DNA of 57,583 bases, filler included, from Squatina squatina (Eukaryota): NCBI GenBank assembly GCA_031763465.1. It is 3 parts of 3 records of this genome, joined end to end, with 100 filler letters (N's around TTAATTAATTAA, not from the genome) between each part and the next. Parts side by side here need not be neighbours in the genome. Positions count along the whole stretch, not along the records: positions 1 to 16,714 come from JARFOE010000192.1; positions 16,815 to 44,201 come from JARFOE010000203.1; 1 more part is not named here. One strand, given 5' to 3'. The notes beneath the pieces are model-generated. The model was not told the origin of the DNA, did no database searches, and was given only the letters and a program-made list of their open reading frames with translations. Position 1 is the stretch's first letter; the number at the start of each line of letters is the position of its first letter. Position numbers and translations under genes: made by a program. Shown piece by piece: positions 11,936 to 23,813 of the stretch.

Positions 11936-13943
11936 CTACAGACACAAAATTAAATTATTCAGTTAACTCAGTGAAAACCATCAGGTGAAATTAATCAGAA
12001 ATGAAAGCTGTAACTTTTCTCTTGTTTCAGCAAATAGTTTAAAAAACACAAAAAATATTTCTGAATATATGGCTGAGGATAAACACTGCCTGTGCAGGCT
12101 CGCTTGAAGCAAGCTCCCGCGGGCTACATTTTTCAACTTCACGTCAATTTGTGTGACACCTTCAAGAGGTAACCAAANNNNNNNNNNCATTTGTACATGG
12201 ACATTCAATGTGATTTCATGGAGCCCATTTTTACAGGCTTTAAATTGATAAATGCAAAGGAACTGAATGCAAAAGTCTGATGAATTTAATAGTTCATTTC
12301 CTTGAAAGTGAATCATAGAATTGTACAGCACAGATGGAGGCCATTCGGCCCATCATTCCTGTGCCAAAGATGGTACAATTTTATTAAGTATTTGTTGGGG
12401 CTATTAAAGTATCTGTTATTGCATACAAACTCGAAAGACACATTCTCAGAAAAGTTAACACAGAAGTAGAATTTAGTATTCATTACATAGGATTACATAG
12501 GATTTATGACACAAAAAACAAGCCATTTGACCCAGCCAGTCCATGCCGGCGTTTATGCTCCACTCGAGCCTCCTCCTGTCTTTTCTCATNNNNNNNNNNN
12601 NNNNNNNNNNNNNNNNNNNNNNNNNNNNNNNNNNNNNNNNNNNNNNNNNNNNNNNNNNNNNNNNNNNNNNNNNNNNNNNNNNNNNNNNNGTCATCGGCCC
12701 GAAACGTTGACTTTTTTTCTCCACAGATGCTGCCTGACCTGCTGAGTTTTTCCAGCATTTTTTGTTTGTAAACTAGAACTCTTGTTTGCAAATAGGAGCC
12801 AGGACATCTCCAGATTCCCACAATTCACCCAACTGCATGATAATATAATTTCAACAGTTTACCATCTAATAAAACTGAAAATTTCCCCGGTGTACAGGAT
12901 GCTTAGGAAGTCAATTTTCTGCTATTCTGTCCTCCCAATTGTTTCCATTTATTTCCCAACTTATCTCTTCACCCAGCTGTTTCTGCAAAGTCCACAGCTG
13001 ATTATCTGTCTTTTTAATTGTCTTCTCCTTCATTGACTAATTTCCTGTCCTCCCGGCTGACTTCCTCAGTTCTCCCTTTTGTTTCCTCTATGACTCTGAA
13101 CAATCCTACCCTGGCTGCAATAACAAAGGAAAGTTAGAAAGACAGAATACAAGAAAAGATTATATGAAACTGCACAGGAAAGTCAAATACAAGGGGAAAA
13201 AAAGTTACAGAATGCAGGAAGCGAAGGACAAAAATGCAAAGTGAAGAAGAAAATAACAGACAGATTAAAGATAACAATGGTTTTAAATCTGCTTGCCCTT
13301 TTTCTCTTCACATCCTGCCTGGTACTTTCAGGATACTTATTATAAACTGTCCTACACATTTATGAATCAAAATGTGAGGACAGCTCTTCGGGGATGGTTT
13401 ACCATTTTGCAGATCTCACGGCATGTGGTTAGGGCTCAGGAATGAAACAGCCTACCTCATCAGTGCCACAAACAATGGGTCTTGTTAATCTTCACCATTA
13501 TTATTCATTCCTATGAATCTTCTCCCATCATCTGCTAATGGGCCCATTAGACCAATTTGTTGGTTTGTTGGGAAAACCATTAGTCCCCTCTGCCCAGGGA
13601 CTATTTTTAAACATTTAAGCATGCTAATTTTGAATTATTCTACTTCTCAAAATGTACCTGTTTTTCCAAGACATTACAGGCTCAATGGGCTAGATTTTCA
13701 ACTTGATGCCTGGGCGTATAAAACATAATTGAAGATCAGCCACCCATTGTTTATTTCCATTGAAATCGATGGAAATGAAAATCGGTTGGTTTCTATAATG
13801 GACAGCCAATCATCTACCCCTATGCTTTGAATACTTTCACTTCAATTATTTCGCAAATTAATGCTAATGCAACCAGAAACTTAGATTATATAATTGATTT
13901 TGATAAAATAGGAGAATATTTAAATTTCTAGAAGTTCACTTAC

Positions 13944-14120
13944 ATCACTGTATGGAATTTTGTTGGTGCTCATCGCCTCCTTCCACATCTGGAGCAGAAG
14001 GTTCCGGTATTCTTGGTTAAATGGGCCAGAGAAAGAGAGGAACCCAGTGGCTAACAATACATCGCCCACCAATCGAGTAATCTGATCCTGGAAAAGTGTA
14101 CTGCTTTCTGTCCACCGAAT
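13944..14120 (-). CDS. Dynein heavy chain exon (end of stalk)
   Basis: 177-bp exon [59 protein letters not shown] with gtaagt donor. Confidence 0.92.
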
Positions 14121-14383
14121 CTGAGGGTTTTTTCAAAGAAAAGACTTCAAAATGGTTTCAGAGAGTTGTTTCCCCATCTATAATTTACATTTTTAGCTCC
14201 CAAGGCTTTTTCTATTTCTTGAGTTCTAAATTTTGTTTACCTCTAGTAGCAGCATTGACAGATGCCTTTACTTCAGTAAATGCCAATGTTTTATATAAGT
14301 TCCTGAAAAAAGTTAGAGACATTGGAGAGGATTTTAACTGCCAGTGAGCTTCCACTGGTTTCAGCCAGTCTGCCAGTCATCAT

Positions 14384-14513
14384 AACATAGAAACATAGAA
14401 AATAGGAGCAGGAGTTGGCCATTCAGCCCTTCGAGCCCACTCTGCCATTCAATATGATCATGGCTGATCATCCAAATTCAGTACCCTGTTCCTGCTTTCT
14501 CCCCATATCCCTT
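14384..14513 (-). mobile_element. CR1 LINE 3' tail
   Basis: aacatagaaacatagaaaataggagcaggag...ggccattcagcccttcgagcc. A near-identical copy lies at ~37698-37843. Both run into gaps. Confidence 0.7.
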
Positions 14514-14613
14514 NNNNNNNNNNNNNNNNNNNNNNNNNNNNNNNNNNNNNNNNNNNNNNNNNNNNNNNNNNNNNNNNNNNNNNNNNNNNNNNNNNNNNNN
14601 NNNNNNNNNNNNN

Positions 14614-15260
14614 CATCCAGTCACGCGACGACCGCTGCACGCTGGCCTGCGACCCGACTCTGCGTCGCTGGCGAGACGCCTCTTGAATTGGAGGTTAGCT
14701 CACCGGTGAGGCCCCAGGCCTTGGCAAAGGCAGCGTTTTACGTTGCCAAGGCCGCTTAAAAGCGTAGTGACAGGGCCACCGGCCGGCATGTTTTTGCATC
14801 GAGCGACTTCATCGTCGGCCGATGTCTGGCAGCCGATCGGCCGCCATCGCCACTATCCACACTTGCTGGCACGCTCGCTGGCGTGCCGCAATATTCAGGC
14901 CCCAAACCTGGCTCTGTGGTGATCCAGCGACCTTTGTCAAGCCTCCATGGCCTCAGCCAGCGGCCCTCCCCTTTAAGGCAGGTCACGGGGCTGCGGCTGA
15001 CGCATGCGCGGTGGCCTCGACAGTGAGGCGCGAGCCACGCTGCTGATGCAACCTCGCACTCCCGCTGCATTGGCCGGCTCAATGTGGGGTCAGCACCATG
15101 GCAACACTTCTTTAGCATTGCCACGTTGTGCTAACCCGGAATTGTGACTAAGAGCCCAATTCCGGGTCAGGGACCTTCACTGCTGGCGCGACGCCCCCGT
15201 GGCGAGGGATCCCCAAATGCAGACCCCCGTTTGGGCACTGTCCAATTGGGTCCCCCTGGA
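14614..15260. mobile_element. GC/CpG-rich non-autonomous DNA-transposon-like element (partial)
   Basis: CpG-rich island in an AT-rich intron. Hairpin CCCGGAATTG...CAATTCCGGG at ~15135-15167. Composition resembles the 23814-24457 element. Confidence 0.45.
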
Positions 15261-15444
15261 ATCAGTTCAAATAGCCACCCTCTCAGTTGCAGGTGGAGTA
15301 TGGTGTATGGGACCTAGATTATAAAAGGAGGTTGCCAGATATGTAATATATCAAGTTCAAAACTTTAACTAAATGCAAATTGCAATAATTTATAACTGAA
15401 AACACTTCACACACACAAGAGGCTAGAAATGATTGGCTGGTTAC

Positions 15445-15557
15445 CTTTTGGAATGTCAGCAACATGTTAAGAAATGAAGAGTTGTTCATCAGCTTTGAAG
15501 CTTCAGCCCATGAAGGTTTCACACAAGGTCGGTCTGAATCAAGTGTTACAAGATCTA
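15445..15557 (-). CDS. Dynein heavy chain exon (stalk/MTBD), 5' part lost in gap
   Basis: DLVTLDSDRPCVKPSWAEASKLMNNSSFLNMLLTFQK followed by a gtaac donor. Confidence 0.85.
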
Positions 15558-16235
15558 NNNNNNNNNNNNNNNNNNNNNNNNNNNNNNNNNNNNNNNNNNN
15601 NNNNNNNNNNNNNNNNNNNNNNNNNNNNNNNNNNNNNNNNNNNNNNNNNNNNNNNNNGCAATGGTCAGTATTTAGACCATTGGATCCTTCCAGGCCTACA
15701 CCAGAGTGCCAAATTACACTCACTTTTACCTTCATGAAATGACAGAGAGGGGTTCACTGCAGCATGCATCAGCCACTTATCTACAGACCCACTTTCATGC
15801 CTACATGTTAACTTTTCCTTCTTTTCCAGCCTTGCCTGTCATTTCTTCCTCCCATTCAATTTTCTCAAAGGCTACCAATTTTTCCTGCACATTTTTCAGC
15901 CTTTAAAAAGGCTCACAGATTTTTCATTACCAATGCAGCCACTTCTCTTAAAGTAACCTCCTTCTCTTCAAAATGGAGGTGCAAGCTCCTATATAAGCTC
16001 AAAGAACATATTTAAATTGTATACCTGAGCAAAATTACAGGAGAGGTCAGCTCCCCATTGTCCCAGCATGTGCTGGAGCCCATATGCATTGTGGTCACCA
16101 TGGCAGTTACATGAATGATCACAATAGCAACTATATAAAGACCACAAAAGTGAGAAAATTGACAGTTATTAAATAAAGGCCTGCTGTTATAATGAGGTAG
16201 TTGCAGCACAAGTAAACAGTTGTTCGGATACAAAC

Positions 16236-16516
16236 CTGTAAAGCTGCTTCCGCTTCTTCTAATGCAGGCTTAGCTGCTTCCAGCTTTGTTTCGGCTACAA
16301 CTTTGTCAGCTGCAATTTCGTCTACAATGACCTGAGCTTTGTCTTTTACTTTTTGAACCTGCGTTTTAACAATTTCAGCAGCCTGGGCCTTTAAAGTCAC
16401 TTCCTGCAGAACTTCATCGGCTTTTTTTGAAGCAACTGCCAAGTCTTTTTCCTTAATCACTAGTTCTTTGGATAGCTCATTTACTGACACCTCGGCTTCC
16501 ATTAGCTTTGCCAGAC
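16236..16516 (-). CDS. Dynein heavy chain exon (stalk coiled coil 1)
   Basis: 281-bp exon (G)[36 protein letters not shown]...[17 protein letters not shown]. Confidence 0.93.
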
Positions 16517-16714
16517 CTGTACAGAAGGGTGACAAGCATTTAAGAGGAAACAAGAATGAGTTTTGCTAAAAGTAAAATGACAACCAACTCAAAACATTAA
16601 AAGAAAATAATACTTCTTTAAGACCTAAATTAACAGCTGAATCATGAAGTAAAAGGACTCAAAAAGTAAAATGTTGAAACATTCACAATAGTGACATGCA
16701 TTATATACCCTTCT

Positions 16715-16814
16715 NNNNNNNNNNNNNNNNNNNNNNNNNNNNNNNNNNNNNNNNNNNNTTAATTAATTAANNNNNNNNNNNNNNNNNNNNNNNNNNNNNN
16801 NNNNNNNNNNNNNN
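16715..16814. other. Artificial scaffold-joining spacer
   Basis: Exactly 44 N + TTAATTAATTAA (stop codons in all six frames) + 44 N = 100 bp. Gene content changes across it. Confidence 0.95.
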
Positions 16815-16995
16815 TTAAGGAGCATCTTAAAGCAGGAGAGAGAGGCAGAAAGGTTTCGGGGGGGGAAATTCCAGAGCTTAGGGCCTAGGCAGCTGAAGGC
16901 CGTCAGTGGTGGAACGATTAAAATCGGGGATGCTCAAGAGGCCAGAATTGGTGGAGCACAGAGATCTCGGAGGGTTGTAGAGCTGGAGGAGGAGA
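16815..16995 (-). mobile_element. L2/CR1-group LINE 3' region fragment
   Basis: ttaaggagcatcttaaagcaggagagagagg...ttccagagcttagggcctaggcagctgaaggc. Same family as 36577-36865 and 38569-38810. Confidence 0.65.
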
Positions 16996-18694
16996 AAGCA
17001 GAACTACACTGAGGCTCACAGCATAGGGCTAAAAGAGTTTAAAATGGATGAGGGAGTAGAGATTAAATGACGCCAAGTTCGGGCTCTGAAAATCTTGTAG
17101 ATTATAGGAAGAAGGGTGGCTGAGGGAGACATGGAGGTCCGCAGTTCTGGACAAGAATGAGTTACAGAAGGAGATGATGCCATAAATCTTGATTTCAATG
17201 TAAGTGAAGCTGAGAAAGTAGGAAGAACAAGCTCATTGTATTTGGAGCCTGGGAGAAATGTTTAGAGGAGCAGTGACCAAAGAAGTATTGACAAAGTCAG
17301 GAGATATAAGGAAGGTTGTGTGAAGGAGAGGTTAGAGGTTTGTATGAGAGGAAGACTCGCCTATCAAATGAGAAACTTTCCTTTTAACCTGATTTGGACT
17401 TGGACTGCAAGAGAGATACCACAAGAATCCCCGCATAGGGGAGTATTATCTGAGTCCTAGATGGACTTTGGGTTTATGGAGCAATAGTGTTCAAATGTTT
17501 CTCTGGGACATCTCCTAAAAATAATTGCAGAAAACATCTATAATTAGTATACAAAAATAACATGTCAGTAAGTCAACAAAAAAATCCTGAAATCTGATGA
17601 CCTATTGAGCTAAGTCTGAAGATGTTGGAATCCCATCGAGAGATCCGGTTTGATAACGTGATTATAAATTCAATTCAGTGCTCCCTTGATAAATCTTCGG
17701 ATTCGGCAGTGCCATGAGTCCCAAGAGGATGGATGAAAAATTGTGGCGATAAGGTTAGTGTACAGATCGCAGTGTATGTTGCCTGACTGAACAGTGCAAG
17801 AGCTGAGTGAAGGAACATGATCTGATATTTGCATATGGGAGTCATCTAATGACACTTAACTGAACCTCTGACATTATAAACTTCAGACGCTGAGATTAAT
17901 AAAACTGTTGAACCATGAATTTTGCATACTGATCATTTTTGTACTACTTCGCTTATGTTTATTGTAAAACATGTAGAATTAATAAGATTAAAGATCAAAC
18001 ATCTTTTTAAATGGAGTTTAAAAGAAAATCGGTGTTGGAATGACAAAGCTCTGCAGGTGGCGCTGTTGAGCAACAACTCCAGCTATCCACTCCCAGAGCA
18101 GCAACAGCCGTTGCCAAGTTACTAGTTATTTGCAATTTTTAAAAAGATAAGTTAACTTGATGTACAAATTAATTGTTAAAACATAGTAGCCAAATCTAAG
18201 GGTTTTCAGCAAATAGCTGAACCATTTACTAGAAGTTTGTTGTTCGTGTCTTTAAGATTTAAAAAGCAACACAAATTAATGACTACTTTCCCAAATCGGT
18301 ATGTTTCAGCCTCAGGTCATGCACAGAGACAGACACGCAATAAGTCTGGATTGTTTCTTACTGTGTACACCACACTAAGAACACGGTCAGTCATGGAGGG
18401 AAGGCACAGTTACAGCTCTCTCTACCAACTTCACCTCAATAGGGCAGACCTGGTATGGGAATACGAAGGCCTATATCCATTTTTCTTTTATGGAGCTTTT
18501 TAACACACTGTGATTTGTTGATTTGTATAAATACCTTAATTTGATTTCTCTCTATTGATGCACTCACCGTATATAAAGCAATTATCAAACATTTCCCTGG
18601 AACAATGTCACATATTCTTTACCCTTACATGCAACCTGTTCAGAAATTCTGCCAATTCTCACTATTATTGAAGCAGAGCCTCTCTGCTCCTCTT

Positions 18695-18848
18695 CCACTG
18701 GCTCTGCTCTCAGGCCTCCTCTCACTGTGCTCTTTATTCTACTCCCGGTCCCACTCCAGTCTCGCCGAGGTCCGCTGGCTCTGCTCTCAGGCCTCCTCTC
18801 GCCGTGCTCTTTATTCTGCTCCCACTGCCGCCCCAGCCTCGCCCAGGT
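18695..18848. repeat. Two-copy 77-bp tandem duplication
   Basis: ccactggctctgctctcaggcctcctctcactgtgctctttattct... is repeated from 18772 with scattered substitutions. Confidence 0.85.
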
Positions 18849-19350
18849 GGTTTCTCAATTTAAAAGCTCTACTTAACATTATACATCTGCACAAACATAC
18901 ATCTGTACAAAATAACAGAATATAGTAAAATCAATACATGTCCATTAGATTACAGAAGATTTATGATGAAGAACTTTTAAAGCTGATAAAAGTCTGTTTT
19001 TACTCTATTTTGGAGCCGTTTGTCATTGTGTGTCACAACTGTGGCTCTGTATTTTATAGATCCATTCTCTTTTTACCAGAGATGGAATTGAACTTGAAAG
19101 CTATCTTGTTGATTACATAATGGAGATCTTAAGCATTGCACTTCTGATGAGTGCTTATGGTCAGTGGGTGCTATTTGCATCCATTACACTGGCTTTGTTT
19201 TCACTTTAGAAACACATCACTTACCACTGCCCCACGTCCCCACCTACCCCCCCCACAAAAGTATTACAATTTGTATACTGGCACAAAAGTTATCACGGGC
19301 AATGAATTCTCACTCACTCTCTGATATTGTATGTAGCTTTAGTTTCCCCC

Positions 19351-19746
19351 ATGTTGATATTTTGTTTGAACTTTTCCCAGATCCACAAGTCTGGAAAGCT
19401 TGTTATCTGCAAAGTGTGCAGGAAGCCATTCACCGGCATTGCAGCTAAAATTGTACAACATGATGGCAAGTGCTATGGGCTGTGCAATAACTGTGCGTGT
19501 CTGATGAACTCTGGTCATGACGATGAGCCTATTGACCTGGATGCGCAGCCGGACCAGGATCTGGAATTTCAGGAAAGTGACAAAGAATCTGGATGGATAT
19601 CCACAGAACCAGATGTGGAGACAGAGATCCTGAGCTCAGGGGGAGAAGGTCCGGGAAGCAACGAAGTTCATGCAGTACAAGAAATCCTGGACGATGCAGA
19701 TGAAAAAGTCCAAGTTTATGATAAAATTGAGAACAATAATGACTGA
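19351..19746 (+). CDS. Unassigned ORF or terminal exon: C2HC (BED-like) zinc finger plus acidic tail
   Basis: Open 131 codons with CKVCRKPFTGIAAKIVQHDGKC, a further CNNC and a D/E-rich C-terminus. An in-frame acceptor (cttttcccag|) at 19380 is an alternative start. Confidence 0.45.
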   Translation: MLIFCLNFSQIHKSGKLVICKVCRKPFTGIAAKIVQHDGKCYGLCNNCACLMNSGHDDEPIDLDAQPDQDLEFQESDKESGWISTEPDVETEILSSGGEGPGSNEVHAVQEILDDADEKVQVYDKIENNND

Positions 19747-21499
19747 GTAAACAAATTCTGTGCCAAAACTTTTTTTTTTTTTTAAAAGGAAGAAAAAATC
19801 TGATAATTATTGAGGGGTTCTTGATGCACGTTCCACCATTCGGTACCTTACTTTGCCCCTTAAAATTGTCGCAGTTGCTTCTCATTCCTATTTAATGGTT
19901 GAGGGGGTGTTAATTCGTCTTCAAAATGTCCAGTTACTGTTTATTGTTTTTGGCTGTTCCATGATGGATATCGTAAATATGTTTTTTTAAACTACAAGGG
20001 ATTCAGTCCTACAGTGGAGAACCTCTTGGTCAGTTTTTGTTTGTTAAAGAGAAAATTGATCTACAGGATTTGATCTGAAGAAATCTCTCTTGGTTTCCTT
20101 CATGCTGTCACTTGGTAAGCTGTCCTGTATGGTATTGTCTGTATGCTGAAGCTATTCAGCATCAACTTTTTATACTCAAAGTGGTCTTTGTTAACAGCCA
20201 GATGCCACTAAACCAAACATGGACAAATACAAAGCCCATGTTTTTGGCTTGTTTTAGAAATGTAAGAATCTGTGGAGAGAGAAAGGGACATTTGACTGTC
20301 ACACTAATTCCAACTAGTGAAGTGGTGCTGCGGGCAGCTCCAATTTGCTTATCCATCATTCAGACGTCAGGTATGAACTCCAAATAGCTGGAGTAAGAAC
20401 AATCCTAATTGTTTTGCTTATTATTGTTGCCAAATCGCCTTTTTTCAGCATACTCTCTCCACCAGGAGCAGGTATAGTTCACTTTGCCTGAAACCATATT
20501 GTTTGCTTTTTGGTCACGTAAAGTATAGGAAATTAACATCCTGCTTCATCATCTACTTTTGCTCTTCAGTTTGCTGAAGTAAATAATCTTCATTCTCTTA
20601 GGCTGATTGATCTTTAGTTAAGGAATCTTCTTTGTTGCTCTCACATTAAGATATCCGGAAGTTTGTGAAATGTCCTGGGGCTTGGACTCCTTGCAATGCA
20701 AAATTGTAGTACTCACACACACAAAACAACAACTTGCATTTAGATACAAGGTAAAACTAATATTCGGTTTAGCTGATTAACTCACTCTACAGAGACCATC
20801 ATTGACTGATTTATTACCACTGCCCACAATCCCTCTTCGTGGTCCAGGGTTATCAAGGTATTATCAGCCATCCTGCCACCAGCTTCAGGTCCACATGCAG
20901 AACATTACTAGAAATGGTCTCTCTGACTGCATATCTATGCTTCAAATTTTACTGCACATAGCGCACCAGTATACAATATCGACCCACTCACTGGATGCCT
21001 TCCATGACCATAGAACATAGAACATAGAAAATACAGCACATAACAGGCCCTTCGGCCCACGATGTTGTGCCGACCCTTTGTCCCAGATCAGAAAACAAAT
21101 TAATCTACACCCGCCATACCACTATCCATGCACCTGTCTAATAGCCGCTTGNNNNNNNNNNNNNNNNNNNNNNNNNNNNNNNNNNNNNNNNNNNNNNNNN
21201 NNNNNNNNNNNNNNNNNNNNNNNNNNNNNNNNNNNNNNNNNNNNNNNNNNNTACCCCGGCCACACCGGACCCACCGAGGTAGGTGAAATCGCGGCCGGAG
21301 TGCGTGCTCAAGACTTCCCAAACCTGCACTCCCACCAGATATGGCTCTACAACAGGAACCTGCATTTGGAAAATCATTCCCAAAAAGTCTGCCCAGACTT
21401 GACACAACCAATAGTATCTGTAGAGTCTGGACCTTGACCTTGATATTAGCGAGCATAGTTTTTTTTTAGAAAGGTACTGAAAGTTGGTTCCATGAACTT

Positions 21500-23220
21500 T
21501 CACTCATTAAGCATCTGTGTCCAGGCCAGTCCGTGGTGGGCGATGTCGGTGGCAGGTCCAGACCCTGCTGCTGGCTCCATCACAGCCTCTGAAATGAATT
21601 TCCCCTGATAGGGCTTGATAAGTCCGCCCAGCAGCCAATTAGAGGAAGCGGGTCTGGTGATGTCATTCGATGACGCGCCATCAGCCGGTTTCCTTAAAGT
21701 GACGATGGGCTACTTTATTTTGACATTTGTGCTGTCAGTGTTCTACAGCATTGGAATGCTGCAAAGAGGTGCAGGGCTGCACCCCAGGCTCTCCAATGTC
21801 TCCCTCCATGCGCTTATGGAGGGAGTCAGAGCATGCAAAGAGGTCCTCTTCCCTTCCTGTGGGCGGAAGACACCTCCCTAGGAGATCAACAAAGCCTGGT
21901 TGCACATTGCACAGGAGGGCACAAGCAGGGATGTGGTCAGGAGGACCTAAGTGCAGTGCTGCAAACCTTTAAATGATCTCAGTAGATCACGAAACGTTAT
22001 TGCAAAGCCACACTTAGCCTCATCCTGCCTCTCATCACATCCCCATCACTCTGCCTTCCCTTCCCTACTCCTGCACATCCTTACTCACACCAACTTACCT
22101 TGCACCTCTACCCATCCCTCTCTCTCTATCTACATTATCACATCCCCATCTCACTAGTCACCCCTCACACTCACCTTCAACCGAGTGCAAGCATACCAAC
22201 TAACAACACACAAGGTTAAGCACTTGGATGTTTTTACCAATGTTTATACGCAGCTTCTGTTAATGTGGTGTCAAACATAGATATCTTTATTTTCAACATT
22301 TTGCCTTCTTAGACAGACTTGAGTACACCATGGAAGTGGCTTAGTGAGTTGCAATGAATGGTGAGGCATAAGGGTATCCCTCGCAACGGTGATGAGTGTG
22401 AAACAAATGGCTTGGACATTGTAGGGATGCTTTATGGTGCTGGTGCCAACCTGGCGCATCATGTACAGAGTCAACTGAAGTAAATCTGGCCATGGTGAGC
22501 CCATCCCTGACCACCTGGGCAACAATGTGGTCAGGTGCTGATGCCCTGTGTCCTGTACAGCATCAGGTGATTGTGGAGAAGGTTGGTGTTGTTGGTGCTG
22601 CCAGTGTGCCTGATGATGCTGGTATTGGGGCTGATTGTGGTGGGACTCTGAGGACCAAAGTGAGATTTTTTCAGGGGCACCGATGCTGATGGAATAGATG
22701 GCAGGTGAGGTTAAGATCTGTCAGTAGTAAGAGAGGTTGTTCCAAGGAGATGACAGTGGATAGAGAGTTTACTCCAAACGCTTCCAACCTGCATAAAGCT
22801 CAACTGTGTCTTCCAAATCCTGAAAGCTCCAGCTTCTAAGATTGGAAAGTCAACAGCTGTGAAATGATAGCTTTTATACCACATATGTAGCTGTGAATTA
22901 TTCAGAAGAATAGATACTTTGTACACCTGACCAACTTACCTGATGTGGTCCCCGAGGACTGTGAAACTCATGAAAAAGCTGAATAAATGGTAAACAGAGG
23001 GCAAAATGCTCTTTAATTGGCTTTTAACTAGTTCTGAATGATGTAAATTGGTTCCCCTGCCGCTTGGTGTCGGGGCTGTTATGCGCTGACAGACCCAACA
23101 CGTGGGAGACTTGCGTGGAGGCAGATTGACAGCAGGCTCCCAACCCATTGTCAATCATTTCTATTTTGACACTTGACCCTCCTCCAATCTCGCTCGCCCA
23201 GCGCTCGTAAAATTCCGGCC
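21500..23220 (+). mobile_element. Decayed PIF/Harbinger transposon with Myb/SANT-like ORF remnant
   Basis: ~21780-21990 reads PRLSNVSLHALMEGVRACKEVLFPSCGRKTPP*EINKAWLHIAQEGTSRDVVRRT*VQCCKPLNDL, a Myb/SANT-like domain with two in-frame stops. Right end is AAAATTCCGGCC (23209-23220). Left boundary uncertain. Confidence 0.7.
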
Positions 23221-23813
23221 AGGGTGTACGCACAGGCCGATGGCATTCACTTCAGACTCCATTCACTTCTATGCCTTTACCAGGTAGACTTAAGAGTATT
23301 TCAAACCCTATAGGTGTCTGGTTCCACTATTTGCTTTACAGCTGGGATCATCAGTTTGAGTGGCATCTGAGGGCAGGGGAGAGAGAAGGGGTGTGTCAGA
23401 TATTCGGAGAATTTTTCAGACAGAGTTCATTTTAAAATTGACCAGAATAACGTGTTGCACCATCTCAATTGAAAGGTCGCCATGTTGGCCCCAGTAAGTA
23501 AACTTGTCTGGCAATTATATATTGTGATGTTAGTGTGTGAAAGCATCAAATTCAGTTTTTTTCAAATGGCTTAACAACTCGGCTAAGATAGCAGACAAAA
23601 TAATTTCAGACAAATAATATGGTGTTTGCACAATAATATTTTAGAGCATCATTTCCTTATGGATACTGTGATATGAATTTCTTGCAATTCCTTTTTGTTA
23701 GTTGTTAACACCATCCAGGGTAGACTTCAACTGATGACACTGACCTCACAGTGTCATTAATAATATCATTACAAACAAAGTGAACACCTTTTGCGTCTAT
23801 AAAGGGATATATC

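Noticed and set aside
14756-15124. 122-aa minus-strand ORF within the dynein locus
   Set aside because: It lies in a GC-rich repeat and has no dynein similarity.
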